Source: Botryllus schlosseri
Taxonomy: Eukaryota
Length of the DNA stretch: 64,000 nucleotides
Direction: 5' to 3'
Assembly (NCBI GenBank): GCA_051294905.1
Contig: CM119372.1
Span: 19,470,001 to 19,534,000, forward strand
A model generated the notes under the pieces. That model saw nothing but the letters and a program-made list of their open reading frames with translations. It was not told the origin of the DNA and made no database searches. Position 1 is the first letter of the stretch; each line of letters begins with the position of its first letter. The position numbers and the translations under genes are program-made. Shown one piece after another: positions 11,719 to 25,900 of the stretch.

Positions 11719-13263
11719 ATGTCCAGGAAAATCACTAAAGTACTTCTGCTCGACAACGTCGATCCTGCCGCGAAGGAAATTCTGGAAAAGAACGGAGTAC
11801 AAGCGGAACTGTGCAAGGAGAAATTCTCGAGCGACGCTTTGATCGCAAAGCTACAAGGTTTCGACGCAATGGTGGTGAGATCGGCGACGAAAGTCACCGC
11901 CCAGGTTATCGAAGGATGCCCGAATTTGAAGATTATCGGGAGAGCCGGTGTCGGTGTGGACAACATCGATATCAAAGCTGCGACACGTAACGGAGTAGTC
12001 GTGATGAATACCCCGGGAGGCAACACGATTAGCGCCGCGGAACATACGTGCACGTTGATTTGCTGCCTTGCGAGAAACGTTCCTGGTGCCGACGCCCACG
12101 TCAAGTCTGGAAAATGGGACAGGAAGGCATTCATGGGTCATGAGTTGTACGGAAAAACCCTCGGAATTGTCGGATTGGGGAGGATCGGACTGGAAGTGGG
12201 TTTGAGGATGCGTTCTTTCGGGATGAAAACCATCGGTTATGACCCTATTGTGAGCCCCGAGGCCGCCCGCGAACAAGACGTCGAGTGGATGGAATTGGAA
12301 AAATTGTGGCCGCAAGTCGATTACATAACCGTGCACACGCCGTTGATTCCTCAAACACGAGGTCTTGTAAATGCAAAAGTGTTTCAAGCTTGTAAACCAG
12401 GAGTCCGCGTCATCAACTGTGCCAGGGGTGGCATTGTGGATGAAGATGACTTGTTATCCGCGTTGGAGTCTGGCACTTGTGGTGGTGCCGGGCTTGACGT
12501 ATTCGTTGATGAACCCGTGACTAACACGAAGCTGGCCAACCATAAAAACGTGGTGGCGTGCCCGCATATCGGCGCCAGCACTAAAGAAGGACAGGCAAGA
12601 TGTGGCAGGGAAATGGCCGAACAGTTTGTGGATTTTAGCAATGGGAAGAGCTTTTTTGGCGTCCTTAACGCACCCGCGCTTAGCGCTGCTGCGTCTCCGG
12701 AGGGAGCTGCTTGGACCCAGCTTGCCACCGGTCTGGCGAATATCTTGAGGAAATGCGCAAAAGGCTCTACCAAATACTCCGTTGCTGTCACCACGTCGGG
12801 CAATTGCTTGCAAAAAATGGGCCGCGCCGTCAAAGCTGCGGTTTGCCAAGGTCTCGTGGAAGGTCCGAAAGCCAATTTGGTGAATTCTGTTCCGTTGGCT
12901 GAAGAACTCGGAGTGGAAGTTTCCATCAACCATAAAAACTCAGAGTTTACCCTCCTGTCTCTCAAAGTGACGTCGGAAGTGTGCAATTTCAAATTGGATG
13001 GATCTGTGGTTGACGGCAAACCTGCGTTGGTCGCTGTCGATGGCGAATCGCTTGCCTCGCCGCTAGTGATTGGGCAAAATATGCTACTGTGTAAATCTGC
13101 ATGCGCACAGGGTAAAATTGGTGAAGTAGTGAATGTATTATCCGCCCAAAAAGTAGCTGTGAAAGCGCTGTCAGCCACAAACGTTTGGATGATCGTGATG
13201 ACAAGCTCTCAGGTTGACACCGGCTCGCTTCAAGGCACTGTGGATATGATAGTACAAGCATAG
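11719..13263 (+). CDS. PHGDH: D-3-phosphoglycerate dehydrogenase, single-exon CDS, 514 aa
   Basis: VVRSATKVT, GRAGVGVDNID, MNTPGGNTISAAEHT, Rossmann GIVGLGRIG, HTPL, NCARGG (Arg), DVFVDEP (Glu), PHIGAST (catalytic His), followed by a type-I-length C-terminal regulatory region. Confidence 0.96.
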   Translation: MSRKITKVLLLDNVDPAAKEILEKNGVQAELCKEKFSSDALIAKLQGFDAMVVRSATKVTAQVIEGCPNLKIIGRAGVGVDNIDIKAATRNGVVVMNTPGGNTISAAEHTCTLICCLARNVPGADAHVKSGKWDRKAFMGHELYGKTLGIVGLGRIGLEVGLRMRSFGMKTIGYDPIVSPEAAREQDVEWMELEKLWPQVDYITVHTPLIPQTRGLVNAKVFQACKPGVRVINCARGGIVDEDDLLSALESGTCGGAGLDVFVDEPVTNTKLANHKNVVACPHIGASTKEGQARCGREMAEQFVDFSNGKSFFGVLNAPALSAAASPEGAAWTQLATGLANILRKCAKGSTKYSVAVTTSGNCLQKMGRAVKAAVCQGLVEGPKANLVNSVPLAEELGVEVSINHKNSEFTLLSLKVTSEVCNFKLDGSVVDGKPALVAVDGESLASPLVIGQNMLLCKSACAQGKIGEVVNVLSAQKVAVKALSATNVWMIVMTSSQVDTGSLQGTVDMIVQA

Positions 13264-13933
13264 GCAATTGAATAGCAGTTCTACGTCGGGAAGTAGGTGA
13301 TGTGATAGTAACTGCCAATCAGCAATACAATTTTTTTCTATTCCGCCGCCTGTAATTCGCCCACTGTGAGTAGTGGCTTATCTTGTCTCACCCAGACTGT
13401 AGCCAACTTCAATCCAATTTGAATTCTGGTGTCCACGTATCATTGTGCAGATAGAAAATTGTTCCATTTGTGAAATCAAATTGCAAGCCCGTCATACGTA
13501 TCTTGTTATTTCACACATTAGCCGCAGACACATTTGGTGTAGATTTCCACAACTTTTATTATTGTTTTGCCGTCGCTCCTAATACATGTTCTCACTCTTT
13601 CAGTCATGATTACCTCGTTTGTAACCTGTTGCAAGTCACGTTAGCTCTAATCATAAATGTATTCATGTATGCTGCAAATACGTCAATTGTGTGCCAGAAT
13701 TTCTAGCTTCCATTCAATTTATCGAAATGTACTGATACCCCGTTGTACTCTGCTCTGTTGGGTAATTAATGAAAAATTTACCTCGCCAATATTTGAGTCC
13801 ATTGTTGCGTGATCATTACCCCGAGTACCTCTGCATGAACTCTGTTGATGTTATATCGCAGTGTGTTACGATAGAATGTTAATTATTCCATCAACGTGAT
13901 TTTTGATGCAAGGGGAGGGAGAAAATCTTTATC

Positions 13934-16900
13934 ATGTGGTCGATATTTTCGCGTGATCCCGTCAAAGACTTTGCGTTCGAAGTGGGGGAAAAGGTACCGG
14001 GATTAGAGGAGCAGAGTATCTGGACACTCCACACGGGGAAGCGAAAGGTGTGTCTTTGCCGCGTTTTGGTGCGGTGATAAGTGTTCAGCTCGTCTATAAC
14101 AGTATGAAAGATTCTTTGGCTTCTCCGATGTGTGGCTAAGTCATCCGCATAAGGTTTCAGCCAGTGTTTTTACGATAAATGCCCTTTACTAACCGAGTGG
14201 AAGTAGAATATGAAAGTCTGAAGAGTATTTTAATAGGTATGTGACCACCTCTGACTTCCTAGGGCTGCCAGTCGGTATCAATCCTGCTATATCTGGTATG
14301 TGAGACCAACCGCATAACCACCGAACTGGTGTGTCTACTGTATGGAATTTGAGTTCATTCTATTAATGAGGTCAAGCCTGCTTGTATTGTAGGCTACTGA
14401 AGTTCTTCGTATAATTACATGTCAATTTCAGTTTTTGATCAATGTTGCAATGATATTCCCAGAAATATGGACAATTAGTCTCGTTCTTGCATCAATTTCA
14501 TTACCGATTCCCGTGATTCTTTTGCCAGGCGAATGGGGAGCCGGTGTCTATTTTCGTGTTCGACACCTCGTCCGACGGAAATGATTCCGTTAAACAAGTT
14601 GCAATCGGCTCTGTCAAGAGATTGAAGACTCTGCGACATCCCAACGTGCTGACGTTCATCGACAGGTAAACTTTTTATTGGGACACCTTACCAAATGTTT
14701 TCTGCACTGGTGATGGTGAGGATTTGTGTCTGCCAACCAACCGTGTGTTTGAGGCTGAAAGAGTGACATGTCTTTTCCATGACTTACCGGGTTGAAAATA
14801 TTTGATAGGAGGCGAGTTCGGTAATAATTGTTGCTACTTGCTAGTATCTGAGAAAGTTGAAGGGATGCTCTGATCAAGTTTTATGGCACAACAGCCTTAC
14901 ATATGCCTGTCACAGTAAATTGAACTCTGACTTGATAGGCTATGGCCTTGGTGGCACCATACCTAAAGTTGAAGTACCTGTACCTGCACTCATGAAAAGT
15001 AAAAGTAGAGTTGCTCAGCAACTGTCCAGTGACCATCCCTGAGCTTGATGATTAAGAAATTGTGAGTCGACATGTCCTAGCCACCATTGTCGTGTGTCTG
15101 GTAGATAACACTGCGTCGTGGCCTGTATTTTTTATCAAAATTTTTCTTTGTAGCCTGGAAACTCCCAAGACCATCTACATTGTTACAGAACCGGTGACAC
15201 CATTAAGTCAACAACTGAAAACTTTGAACGAGGGCTCGGCTCAAGAAATTGCTATTTCGTGGGGCCTTCACCAGATATCTGTAAGCAGAGAAAAATTGCG
15301 TTTATCATTGCATGCTCGTTGCCCACTCTGCTCAGTGTTGGATTGATTCACAAGATTTGTTGTTTTGTTGCAGAAAGGACTCGGCTTTCTGGTGAACACT
15401 GTCAATCTTATACACAACAACGTTTGCATGTCTTCTATTTTTGTGGACAAGAGCGGAGAATGGAAGTTGGGTGTGTGTTTAGATTTAAGCTCATTCTGTC
15501 AATGTTTTTGTTTACAACGTTCAGCATTTATTCGTTGCCGTCGATGTAAGCTTTCCTTTTCTTATGATGTGCTTTTGTTGCATCAGTGAAAACTGAATGG
15601 TCACCTCTCGGGAATGGATCAACCTTTGATTTCTTTATTGGTGTTGATATCCATTCGCCTTTGATATACATTGATTTTATTTACTTATATATTGAATTTA
15701 TTTTTCTTTTGTATTGGGGTTGTACAGCACTGTTGTCGGTGGTTGTGAAAGTGCCAATTAGTGTAGATTATGATGTCTAGCAAAATCGTAATTCAGATCG
15801 TTACCCCATTCTTATGAACAAGCCATCCAACATTGTGAATCGATTGATGAATTACCGTTATCCAATTGAGTGGTGGAGGGTTGCTGATCTTGCCTACAAA
15901 CTGATGAATAGAGGTATTCTAGAAATGCGCACCAAGCAGGATTGAGCACTAGTCCATGGAGTATTCCATTGATTTATATTCACGAATTGCAACGTTAAAA
16001 GTTTGTAGTATGATACCGGGATTGGTCGATTTGAGGTACCTCTCAAAATATTGACCAGACTTACACAACCATGCGAACCGAATTTATATTCCAGGCGGCG
16101 TCGACTATATGTATCCGGCATCCGGAGATGGAAGCAATCTGCCGCCTTTCAAAACACTGCCGATTTTAGAAAAGTATGACCCTCCTGAAAAATCTGCGAA
16201 AGCTCGCAACAGGAGGTCCTCTAAATGGTAGACTTGACCGTTTATGAGGGTTTTGAGAGTTCTGCTATCCATCCGTTCTTTTATTTGCTCCAGGTCGTCT
16301 GATATGTGGGGTTTGGGATGTCTGATATGGGAGGTGTTCAACGGGCCGCTTCCTAGGACTTCGTCGCTGAAAGTTGTCGGAAAAGTATAGCATTGTGAAC
16401 GATGATGATTTCAGCTTTTGTGTCTTTATTCTTGTTTATTTTTGTGTCTAGATACCGAAAAATTTAATTCCACACTACTGTGAACTCGTGGGCGCCAATC
16501 CAGCGGCGAGACCAAGTCCGGAAACCTTCATTGAAAATTGCAGGAACGAAAGATCCTTTATGAACAATCATTTTGTTGATGCCAACTTATTTTTGGAGGA
16601 AATTCAGGTTTGGAGGTCAATTTCGAACAAACTGTCGATTTTTTTTTTGCTCAACCGTCGTTTTCTGTTCAAGATTAAAGACCAGAACGAGAAAAATGGT
16701 TTTTTTAGCGAACTGTCAAATCACCTTGACACGTTCCCTCGTGATTACAGCAAGCACAAAATATTGCCGCAATTATTAAACGCATTCCAGTTTGGTAACG
16801 CCGGTTCTGCCGTTCTTCCACCGTTATTTAAAGTGAGCCCCTTGCACTTTTGTGCCGTTCGACAATCGTGTATTGTTTTTATATTATTCAGCTCGGTTCG

Positions 16901-19900
16901 TTACTTGAACCTGACGAGTATCAGACTAAGATCGTGCCGTGCGTCATTAAACTGTTCAGCTCAACGGATCGCGCCACTAGAATTCATTTGCTGCGTCAGT
17001 TGTCCTTGTTTGTGGAACATCTGAAGCCGCAGGTAGGCCAGTTTGGTATTTATGGTGGTTCCGTAACGTTTATTGAAATATAACATGAATGTTCGAGTTT
17101 ACTCGCAAAGTTTGACTTCAGTATTCAAACATGGTTTAGCAGTATTTGTTTCTGATCCAAGTCGGGCTAAATAAACCGTCTGTTTTGGATTGACAGGTTT
17201 TACTTCATTCCCATTCTCAACTTAATCACTCGTAATGAATGGAATGAGTAGGTGATTGGAATGGATTATGCAGGATTTGTAGAATTTGCTATTTAATTGA
17301 CCCATTTGTCCCTGTCTGTCTGGTTTACAAGCCTGAAGCCAATCTATAGGGACATGTAAACTCAGCTTGAATATGAAGAGGATTGAAAATCATTTTCTTA
17401 AATCTATGAGAGAACATATCTCGAATTTGGGGTTGCCACAGCGAATCGAGGCCCGGTGATCCGCAAAATGATTTGGCTGAAGTTTTACATCAACTGCCCT
17501 TCGTGCCACAAATTTACCCAGCAGCTGGGTTTTGGGGATACAGCCATGGGTGCTCAAATCCAAGACCTCTTTGCGAGAACAGGGTGCAACCACTGAGATG
17601 CGGGGGTTCCTTTCTCAGTGCTGTAAGCACATTTAATTATCTTGACACTAGCATGATACCTTAAAGTAGCCGCGTTCTCTGCATCATGGAATTATGTCGT
17701 GAAATTTTTCAGATCATCAACTCGCAAATATTCCCGAACGTCGTTACTGGTTTCATGGATACGAATCCAGCAATAAGGGAGCAGTCTATTAAGGTAACTG
17801 TTATGTAGCTCTGCAATTGATGATTTAATTGTGCTGCTTCCTCTGAGTTTAGCCGTGGGCTTGTAAGAACCAGAGTTTGTCGAATTAGTCATCGTTGGTA
17901 CTCGTGTCTCAAGTAGAAGTAGAAGTAACAATTTACAAGTATGTAAAGGACAGTGTTGGGATTACTGGAGTCACCTTTTTCGCATGACTTGACTTGACTC
18001 GAGTCATTTTGCTAAAATGACTTGACTTGACTCGGCGTATCAGAAATGTGAATTGACTCGTGACTCTGAGCAAAATTCACGAGTCAATTTCAAGTCATAA
18101 AGTAATCGGTGTCGATAAAAATCACTTTATCTTGCATATGTTCGGATTGTTCGCGAAACGCTGATGTAACCCGTGAGAGCGACCAATAATTCAATGATCG
18201 TGCGTTTTACTGAGCCTCCATTGTTCTCTCACAAATAAATTGACCGCAAACGAAGTGATCGAAGCTTACAGCTGTCGTAAACTAGTTTAGTAAAGTAATT
18301 TTATAGCAAAATGTCTATTTCTGTTCCATGTTCTTATCTTAACAAAATCTCTTATTTTATTGAAATTGAATTCGAATATATTTATAAATAGTCGATCCTC
18401 AACCATTGGCGCAGGCTCGAATTGTATCATATCAATTTGTAAATGGGTACTGTATTGCATCTTATCAATTCGTTTCTCTATTCTCTATTTTGGCTGGTAA
18501 CTACAAACTGAGGCTATGCAATTACTTACGTAGTTAGCAGTTCTGCGTATATGTGAACGATACAGCGCCTTCTTGCGTGTATATTTAACTCTATATTCGC
18601 TCATCGCTTCAAAATCAATGACCACTCAATCTGAATTTCAGACAGCTAGCAAAATGCAATGACGTAATCATGCCTCATACTTCGAAAAGGCTACATGACT
18701 TGAATTGTGACTTGACTCGGGACTTGACTCGAGTCACCTCCAAAAATCGAGTGATTTGACTTGACTCGAGTTACCTTCGAAAATCGATTGACTTGACTTG
18801 ACTCGAGTCAAAATGTGCAATGACTCGAAATGACTCGTGACTGGAAGGTAGTGACTTGATCCCAACACTGGTAAAAGAGTAAGTGTTTCAGGCCTAATTT
18901 TCCCTAAAAAATTGAAAACTGTCAAGTGCACGTAATCTAGAATCATAACCAGTTTTGTAACTTAACGCAAGTAGGCAACATTTAGTTTTATACTCAAAGT
19001 TACTGATCCCCCGCAGGTAAGAACCCTACGCATATGTGCATCTAACATGATGTGTCTGTTCCAGGCTATGCTGCTGCTCGCGCCAAAACTCAACGACAAC
19101 AATCTCAACAACGAGCTCATGAAACATTTTGCGCGGTTGCAATCTCGTGACGACCAAGGACCGATCAGGACCAACACAACGGTTTGCCTTGGGAAAATCG
19201 CGTGTCATCTGAATGCTGCCGTAAGTGATCGCGAATCGCTGAGCCACCGCAGAATCGTTTGTTGATGGAGCGTTCTGTTTTTTCCTTGCAGACTCGGCAA
19301 AAAGTAATAGCGTCGGCTTTTACGAGAGCGATGAGGGATCCGTTTCCTGCCGCCAGGATAGCCGGGGTGCTCGCGATGGCTGGAAATGTGCAATATTTCA
19401 ACGCAAAGGATTGCGCATACAAGGTAAATTAACTTCTCTGTACTGTGCCTGTACAATTGAGACTCCTGTACTTTGCACACAATCTATTTTGAGGCCAAGT
19501 ACCAGTTATCGAGTGAATGTATTTAAATATGCTGTGGATATGACTACCAGGGTTCTACATAGCCTTCAGCCACTGACTTGTTGTCCATTGAGCCAATAGG
19601 TCCTGTGCCAAGACGTTTTCATGGAATTTCAATCATTTAAGATGTGTCAGGGTTATCCCTGAAATGTGCTCACCCTAAAATGTAAGCTACTTTGCTATAA
19701 TACTTTTTAACATATCTATGACTCTTCAGGTTTTACCCGCCTTATCCGCCCTGACCGTCGATGCCGATAAAAATGTTCGTGACAAGTGTTTCACAACGAT
19801 ATCTACCTTCCTCGAGCGGCTGAAGCAAGCTTCCGACGATCCCGAATATGCGGCAAAGATGGGTGTGTAACTTGTAACTGCATATAAGTAACGGCTCAAA

Positions 19901-22900
19901 TGACGTGCGGTATCAACAAGCATGAGGTTGAAACTAATATCATCAAATGATCCCATTTTGTCATGATGTTTTTGCCCACCATTCTATTCCATAAATTTTA
20001 TGTTGTTGGCGGGTTTTAAAATTTCGACTGAAACATCAGGATGATATCAACGTCCCTGTTTTGGCAGGAGGGTCTTAAACTGGGATTCACAGACCCCTTT
20101 GGGATTCCGACGACTAGTTTTAAGTGGTCTGTGAACGGCCAATGTCGAAACTACAACTGTAAAACTACATTGTCCCATGTTTATAAGAGATCTGTCCATA
20201 TTTTTGCATTAATTCATGACGTGGGCTGAATGGAAGTATCGACTTCTTTAGTCATCAACTTTTCAAATTTTGCGGTTAGGTTACTCGCAAATTGTGAAAT
20301 AGAATAAATTTTCTCGAACTATGTCACAATAAGGGGTCGATGCTAGACGCTACCACCCAAAAAATTAGAGGTGTGCGCTAAGAAAAGCTGTTGTATTGGT
20401 TTCTAGCTAGCGATTCCGTAAGCTGCAAATTTCCACTATTTGTCAGACAACTTGATAGTAATATTGTGTGATTGCCGACGTGAACTGCTGCCTTGGAATT
20501 ATGACAATAATGCGACTTTGCGTTTAGATGCCGAAGCCGCCACTGCCTCCACGATGTCGTCGTCAAGTATCACGGCATCTGCCTCAGGTTGGACCGGATG
20601 GATGAGCACTGGCGTGTCATCTATTACATCAAGATTGTACAAGAAAGAACAGGACGGCCTGGCGGTAACAGGTATGTCAAGACCTCGTGGTGCGGTGAAT
20701 CCAGGCTGCGCAATCGGTGGATACCCACAGGTCTCTCAGCTTTCACAAATCACACCAGCATGTCGTGAACATGTAGGCTATACACTGTGTCCAAGTAAAA
20801 TGATTTAGCCGTAACCTATTACTTTACGGCTTGAAATTGACTAAAAAATTTGGCTTTGAGTCATGTGTCAATTTAAATTTATGAAACACCGAGTCCGAGT
20901 TTAGTCGTTTTGGAAAGTGACTCGAGTCAAATCAAGTCGCGAAAGAGTTAAGTCGTTTTGGAAAGTGACTCGAGTCAAATCAAGTCGCGAAAGAGTTGAC
21001 GCGATTCCGACTCGAGTCAGCTCGTGTCATGTCAAGTCAATGCACGCTCTGACTTTAACGATCGTGAATGAATTCTGTTCAATGCTAACTATGAAAAGTT
21101 ATACCACAAGAAGGGTGGGCGATGTGTGTATTTTACTATCCGCATCTGCGCTGTAGACGTGCCCCACTTGCCGTAACATCGATTTGTAACGTTGTAGAGA
21201 CGCAAAATCGAAAAGACTCCGAAACGAAGGATACTGCTGCTTCGACACAAGAAAGTAACCCGGAACCGCCCAACAAGGAGGATCTTGAGCAGGACGACGA
21301 CGCTTCCGACTATGGCGAGGATGGAGAAAATCAAGGATGGGACGACCTCGAGGTTTGTTTGGCGTTGTAAATTTGCGATCTTGATTTTGAGTGTCCTGGA
21401 GATTTGATTTGATTTATGTGCTTGGCTTGCTCGTTTCAATCTGACAGACGGTGACAAATCTCCTTGATGTTGATTTATACGCGAGCGATTTCGCTGCGCA
21501 TGATTTGTGCATGAGGTGAAATTTTTCTTATTGTCAGGCAAAGGTGTCCTTGCTTATTCATGATTGATCAGTAGATTTGTTCCTAATAATAACGACGGCA
21601 TTAAACACGGTAGTTATCAGACGTACGAAGTATCGCTAACTACTCGGTTCGTATAAACTGGTCTGTAACGGAAATGCTCTGGTCTCATTTACATGGATAT
21701 GGGTACCTATCATCCATGGACTATTGCCTGGTGTGCTCCATAGAGGGTCAGTGATGAATTACTTCTGATTTTTTGGAGTACTGAAGTAGGTTCGACTACT
21801 TGCACTACCTGGTTACGATTTTTGACTGCAGGTACCAACTGATTTCAGAACTAGATCTAGAATACTTACTTGAAAATCACTACTTAGACATTTACCAACG
21901 AAAACTGCTTTGAGCACCTCTGTGTAAATCGATTTTGTCACCGCCATCACTACTTCATGTTTGATGGGCGCATTACTCTTATTTTTATGAAATTCCCAAA
22001 ATCTCAATTTGTCATGCGGCATATTTCTTTGAATCATCATTCTTCGATCCTAATCCTTCGATCGGACTCCTTTATCATCAATCGCTAATGCATGTGTGCA
22101 GTGTGGTGTTGCATGTTTAGGAGTTTAAATCTCCGATCACGCCCATGCCTGCAAAGAGTAGAAGCGACAAGGAGCCGAGGAAAATAATAACCGCTTCGAA
22201 GATTCGGGCGTTGGAAGAGGACGTGTGGTCTGATCTCTCGTCAAAGGTATTCGCCGACAGTCGGCTATCGCATCGGCATGATTCTACATCACAAGGAAAT
22301 GTGTCTTTTTATGTCTCGACGTGTTTGGCTTGCCGTAATTTGCATTAGTTGTGTTCGTGGCTTTACGAGTTATTTAACTGTGATTGGCATGCAAATAATT
22401 ACTTGTTAGGTAATAGCTTGTTGTTTTCGCTATTTTTGAATGGTGTCCTAAAAGAAAACACTAACACAGTGCTTCTGCTTCAACTACCAGCTCAGCTTGA
22501 ATTTGCGACAGAATGGAACACGTTAATTGAGGATAAGACACTTCAGCATGCGACTTTACAACCCGTAGCCTAAACTAACCCTCACCCTGATCCATAGATA
22601 AACGCTTATCCAAACTCTAACCATAATGTTAGCCCACGTGCAAGTTTCGTTTTTCATTCGCTTACCACTCAGTAGATTCCATCTTCATTGCAGTCAGGTG
22701 TGAGCCAAGATTTCCTTGTGATGTCATAATTTAGGCTTACCATATTTTGGAAATTTAAAAAGAGGACACTTTTTCAGAAATTTGCAACTTGCAAAACCGG
22801 AGTAGAATTCTCAAAAACAGGTGAATTTTTCCCACTTTGTGATCGGATGACTAAAAAAAAGAAAAAAAGGTCATCTTTTCGCTCAGAGCTAAAATCACCG

Positions 22901-25900
22901 TTTTTCACTCCGAAATACCCACCGGAGCTTCACTTCTGTGCTAATTTGCGGCATATCACTCGCAATTTGCTCTAAATCTGACCTAAATTTTCAAAAAAGA
23001 GGACAAAATCTCAAAAAAGAGGACAAAAGGGCGTCCTCCGAGGACACTTTCAAAAAAGTCAAAAAAGAGGACAAATCCTCTTGAAAGAGGACTTGTGGTA
23101 AGGCTATCATAATTGCAACGCGGCGTTGTCGAGGTCCAAAATGTAGGAAGCGCTTGTCGGGTTTTACGTTGACCGCGGTTATCCCCTTGCCGTGCTTTAT
23201 TAAATATTTCTATGGGGAATGCATTACGCTGTCTCTTTGTCCAGTACAATACGTCACTATGAGTTGACGTCAGAACAAATCAAATATCCGTACAGCCAGA
23301 TATGATCTCTTTCTATTGACGACAGGAATATAATAACCGAAGCTGTTCGCATAAGTATTTGTCAGCGGTCGGCATTGTTCCTGAATCTATTCTAGCAGTG
23401 TTCGTGCTGGGAACATTTGGTCCAAATAAACTGTCAACCTGATAGGCAAACGGAAACCTCATCATGCCTCGTTCTGCAACAAACCTTTCAAAAGATTGTT
23501 CGTCACACTTGAAATGCGATCGTTTTCCAAATTTCCGCGGTTGTGACTCACACTGAAAGCGATACAAGTCTAGTAACGGAATCCTTTCGGTTATCAGGAA
23601 GAAACGCGGAGTAGATCTGGAATTATGTTGTAGACCACAACCGTGTCAATGCCGACAGAAGTTCGCAACCTAATGCACTGAGCTTTGTGCTTCTACTCCG
23701 AGCACAAATACCCTTGATAACGCTGCATTGTGTGTTAAGTCAGAAGCCTAAACCTCTTGAACACGCACTTCTGGGATATGCCACTCTAACGCATTACCGT
23801 CCGATAATATTCATCATCTAATAATGCATGGCGAAGTCGCCGAAATTAGATTATACCTGTTCAGAACGCAATTACCGTTACTTCATATTATCAAAACGGA
23901 ACAGGTGAAAATAGAAGACGATAAAGACGAAGATGAAACGAATTGGGAAGACGATGACGCCGGTTGGGACACCGTCGCTTTCAATCAAGGCCAAAGCAAA
24001 AAGTCCGCTAAAACAACAGCGAAGACGTAAGCTCAAATTCCCTGTATCCGCGCCGCGATGCGTCTCGGTAAATTATGACTGCTCCGTATCCCTCATTCAG
24101 AAAAGTGGGTGGCTCTAAAAGTCTGAAGCCGAAGGCAAAATCCGAACGGAACGATTCAGAGAACTCGCCGTCGGGATGGGGCGATTGGGGGAATGATGAT
24201 TTTGACGAAGGTACTCCAAAAGGTAGCGATGCGGGTAGGATGTTTTTCTATCAATTCTCGAGGAATTCTATTAAATGTTGAACTCGCGGGCACCAAGCTA
24301 ATTCTCACCACAGCGCACGTGCCTCTAGGTGTCTGCTATAGGCCGGTTGTGAATTGCTGTTCCAAATTGACTCTACGGAAAAATACAGACCCGAGAATGA
24401 CACGACGGCGTGGTTTTCTGAGTGTCTTGATAACTGGACGAAATAGCCCTTGCTGTCACAGTGACAGGATGTATTTTCAAGAATTGCACCAATTTGCAGT
24501 GTCGTTTGTCATTTTGCGGTAATCGCGAAGATGCACCTTGTCATTTCAACAGTGGCAGCTTCCGATTGACTACTCCAATAAGTATGCGACCCAACGACCA
24601 AATCTACTTTCTACACGACTTGGTGCTTTTCATAGTTTCGTTTTGTAGTTCTACTTGAAGTAGGTTTGACGTGCCTTTGCAATACTATTTCCACTTGTAA
24701 TTTAGTAGTAATTGACGGCGTTACTTATAATTGTACTTGCGTAACAGCGTTGGCCACACATTGACACCTTCCGCTCGCGTGTGATGCCAATTTGGTTGCA
24801 ACGATGGAAAAGCACTGGTAGTGGTAGCTAAAACTGAGGGTATCAAAAATGTATTGTTTCGGAACGATCCGTAGCCTTGTAGTGCCGAACTGTCTCTGGC
24901 ATGCTTCATAAACGCTCCAGAGATCAATTTTGTACCTTTTACGTGAGTAAACACGATGCTTACTCGAAAATAACATTCTGGCGACCAGGCATCAAGACAA
25001 ACACCGTTATCGAATCTATGTCGCCACCGCTCTTCTACGACACGTACTTGCTCACTCGCGTGCTGTGACGCTTCAACTCTTGGGAATGTTGTGTTGAATG
25101 CAAGCTGTCTGTTTAGCAACACGATAAGCGTGACACGGATGCGGTTGTTGTGGTCCGGGGTCGTTTTTATGAATACGCTCCCATAATCTCAAAGTGTGAC
25201 TCGACGCACTAGCGTCAGCATCGCACAACTTCTTTCGATAACTGGTCTTTAACATTCCGAGAATTGCTATAAGTTATTGGGGTCGTCAAGTAATATGATA
25301 TGATAAACTCCCTCCTGCCTCTACGAATCACGATTCTGACCGCTGCATTCTTGGTGCTTATCAATCTCACGCATGTTGGGTAGTTATGGCGCTTGCATTT
25401 ACATAGCTCATGTGTAATAGTTAGGCTTTGAATTATGGCGATCGCATTTGCATAGTTCGTCATACTGCTGTTAGCTACAGACTGATTTTGCACCCATGCA
25501 TTAACGGTAAGCCAATTTGTGGTATTGCCTGGCACATACTCCGCCGGTGGGTTGTCTGATGTCGGCTATTAGGCGAGCATACTCACGCCGATATCTTGCA
25601 ACAAATCGTGATCGCTTCTACGTATCACCTGACTATAGAGTTCATGGTGCGATCAGAACAAACTGTGAGATTTCCATGCTTGTTGTTATGAATGCTAACG
25701 TAGAAAATTCCATTGTGGTGACAGCCAAATTGGCTTCCGCGGGGTACGGCAGACAGTATGTGTCGGCGCACCAGTTCTCCGAAAACAAATAACAAATTTC
25801 GTGTACGCCAGGGGCGGGCAACTTCTCCAGTCGGCGGGCCGGATATAGGAAACTTAAGTACTTGGCGGGCCGGATAGCTGAATCGATACATTATTCGCCA

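Noticed and set aside
11670..13318. Long antisense ORFs (154-264 aa) over PHGDH
   Set aside because: Shadow frames of a real CDS with no recognisable domains.
24721..25792. Nested gene in SCYL1 intron 18
   Set aside because: Short ORFs with no recognisable homology or coherent exon chain.
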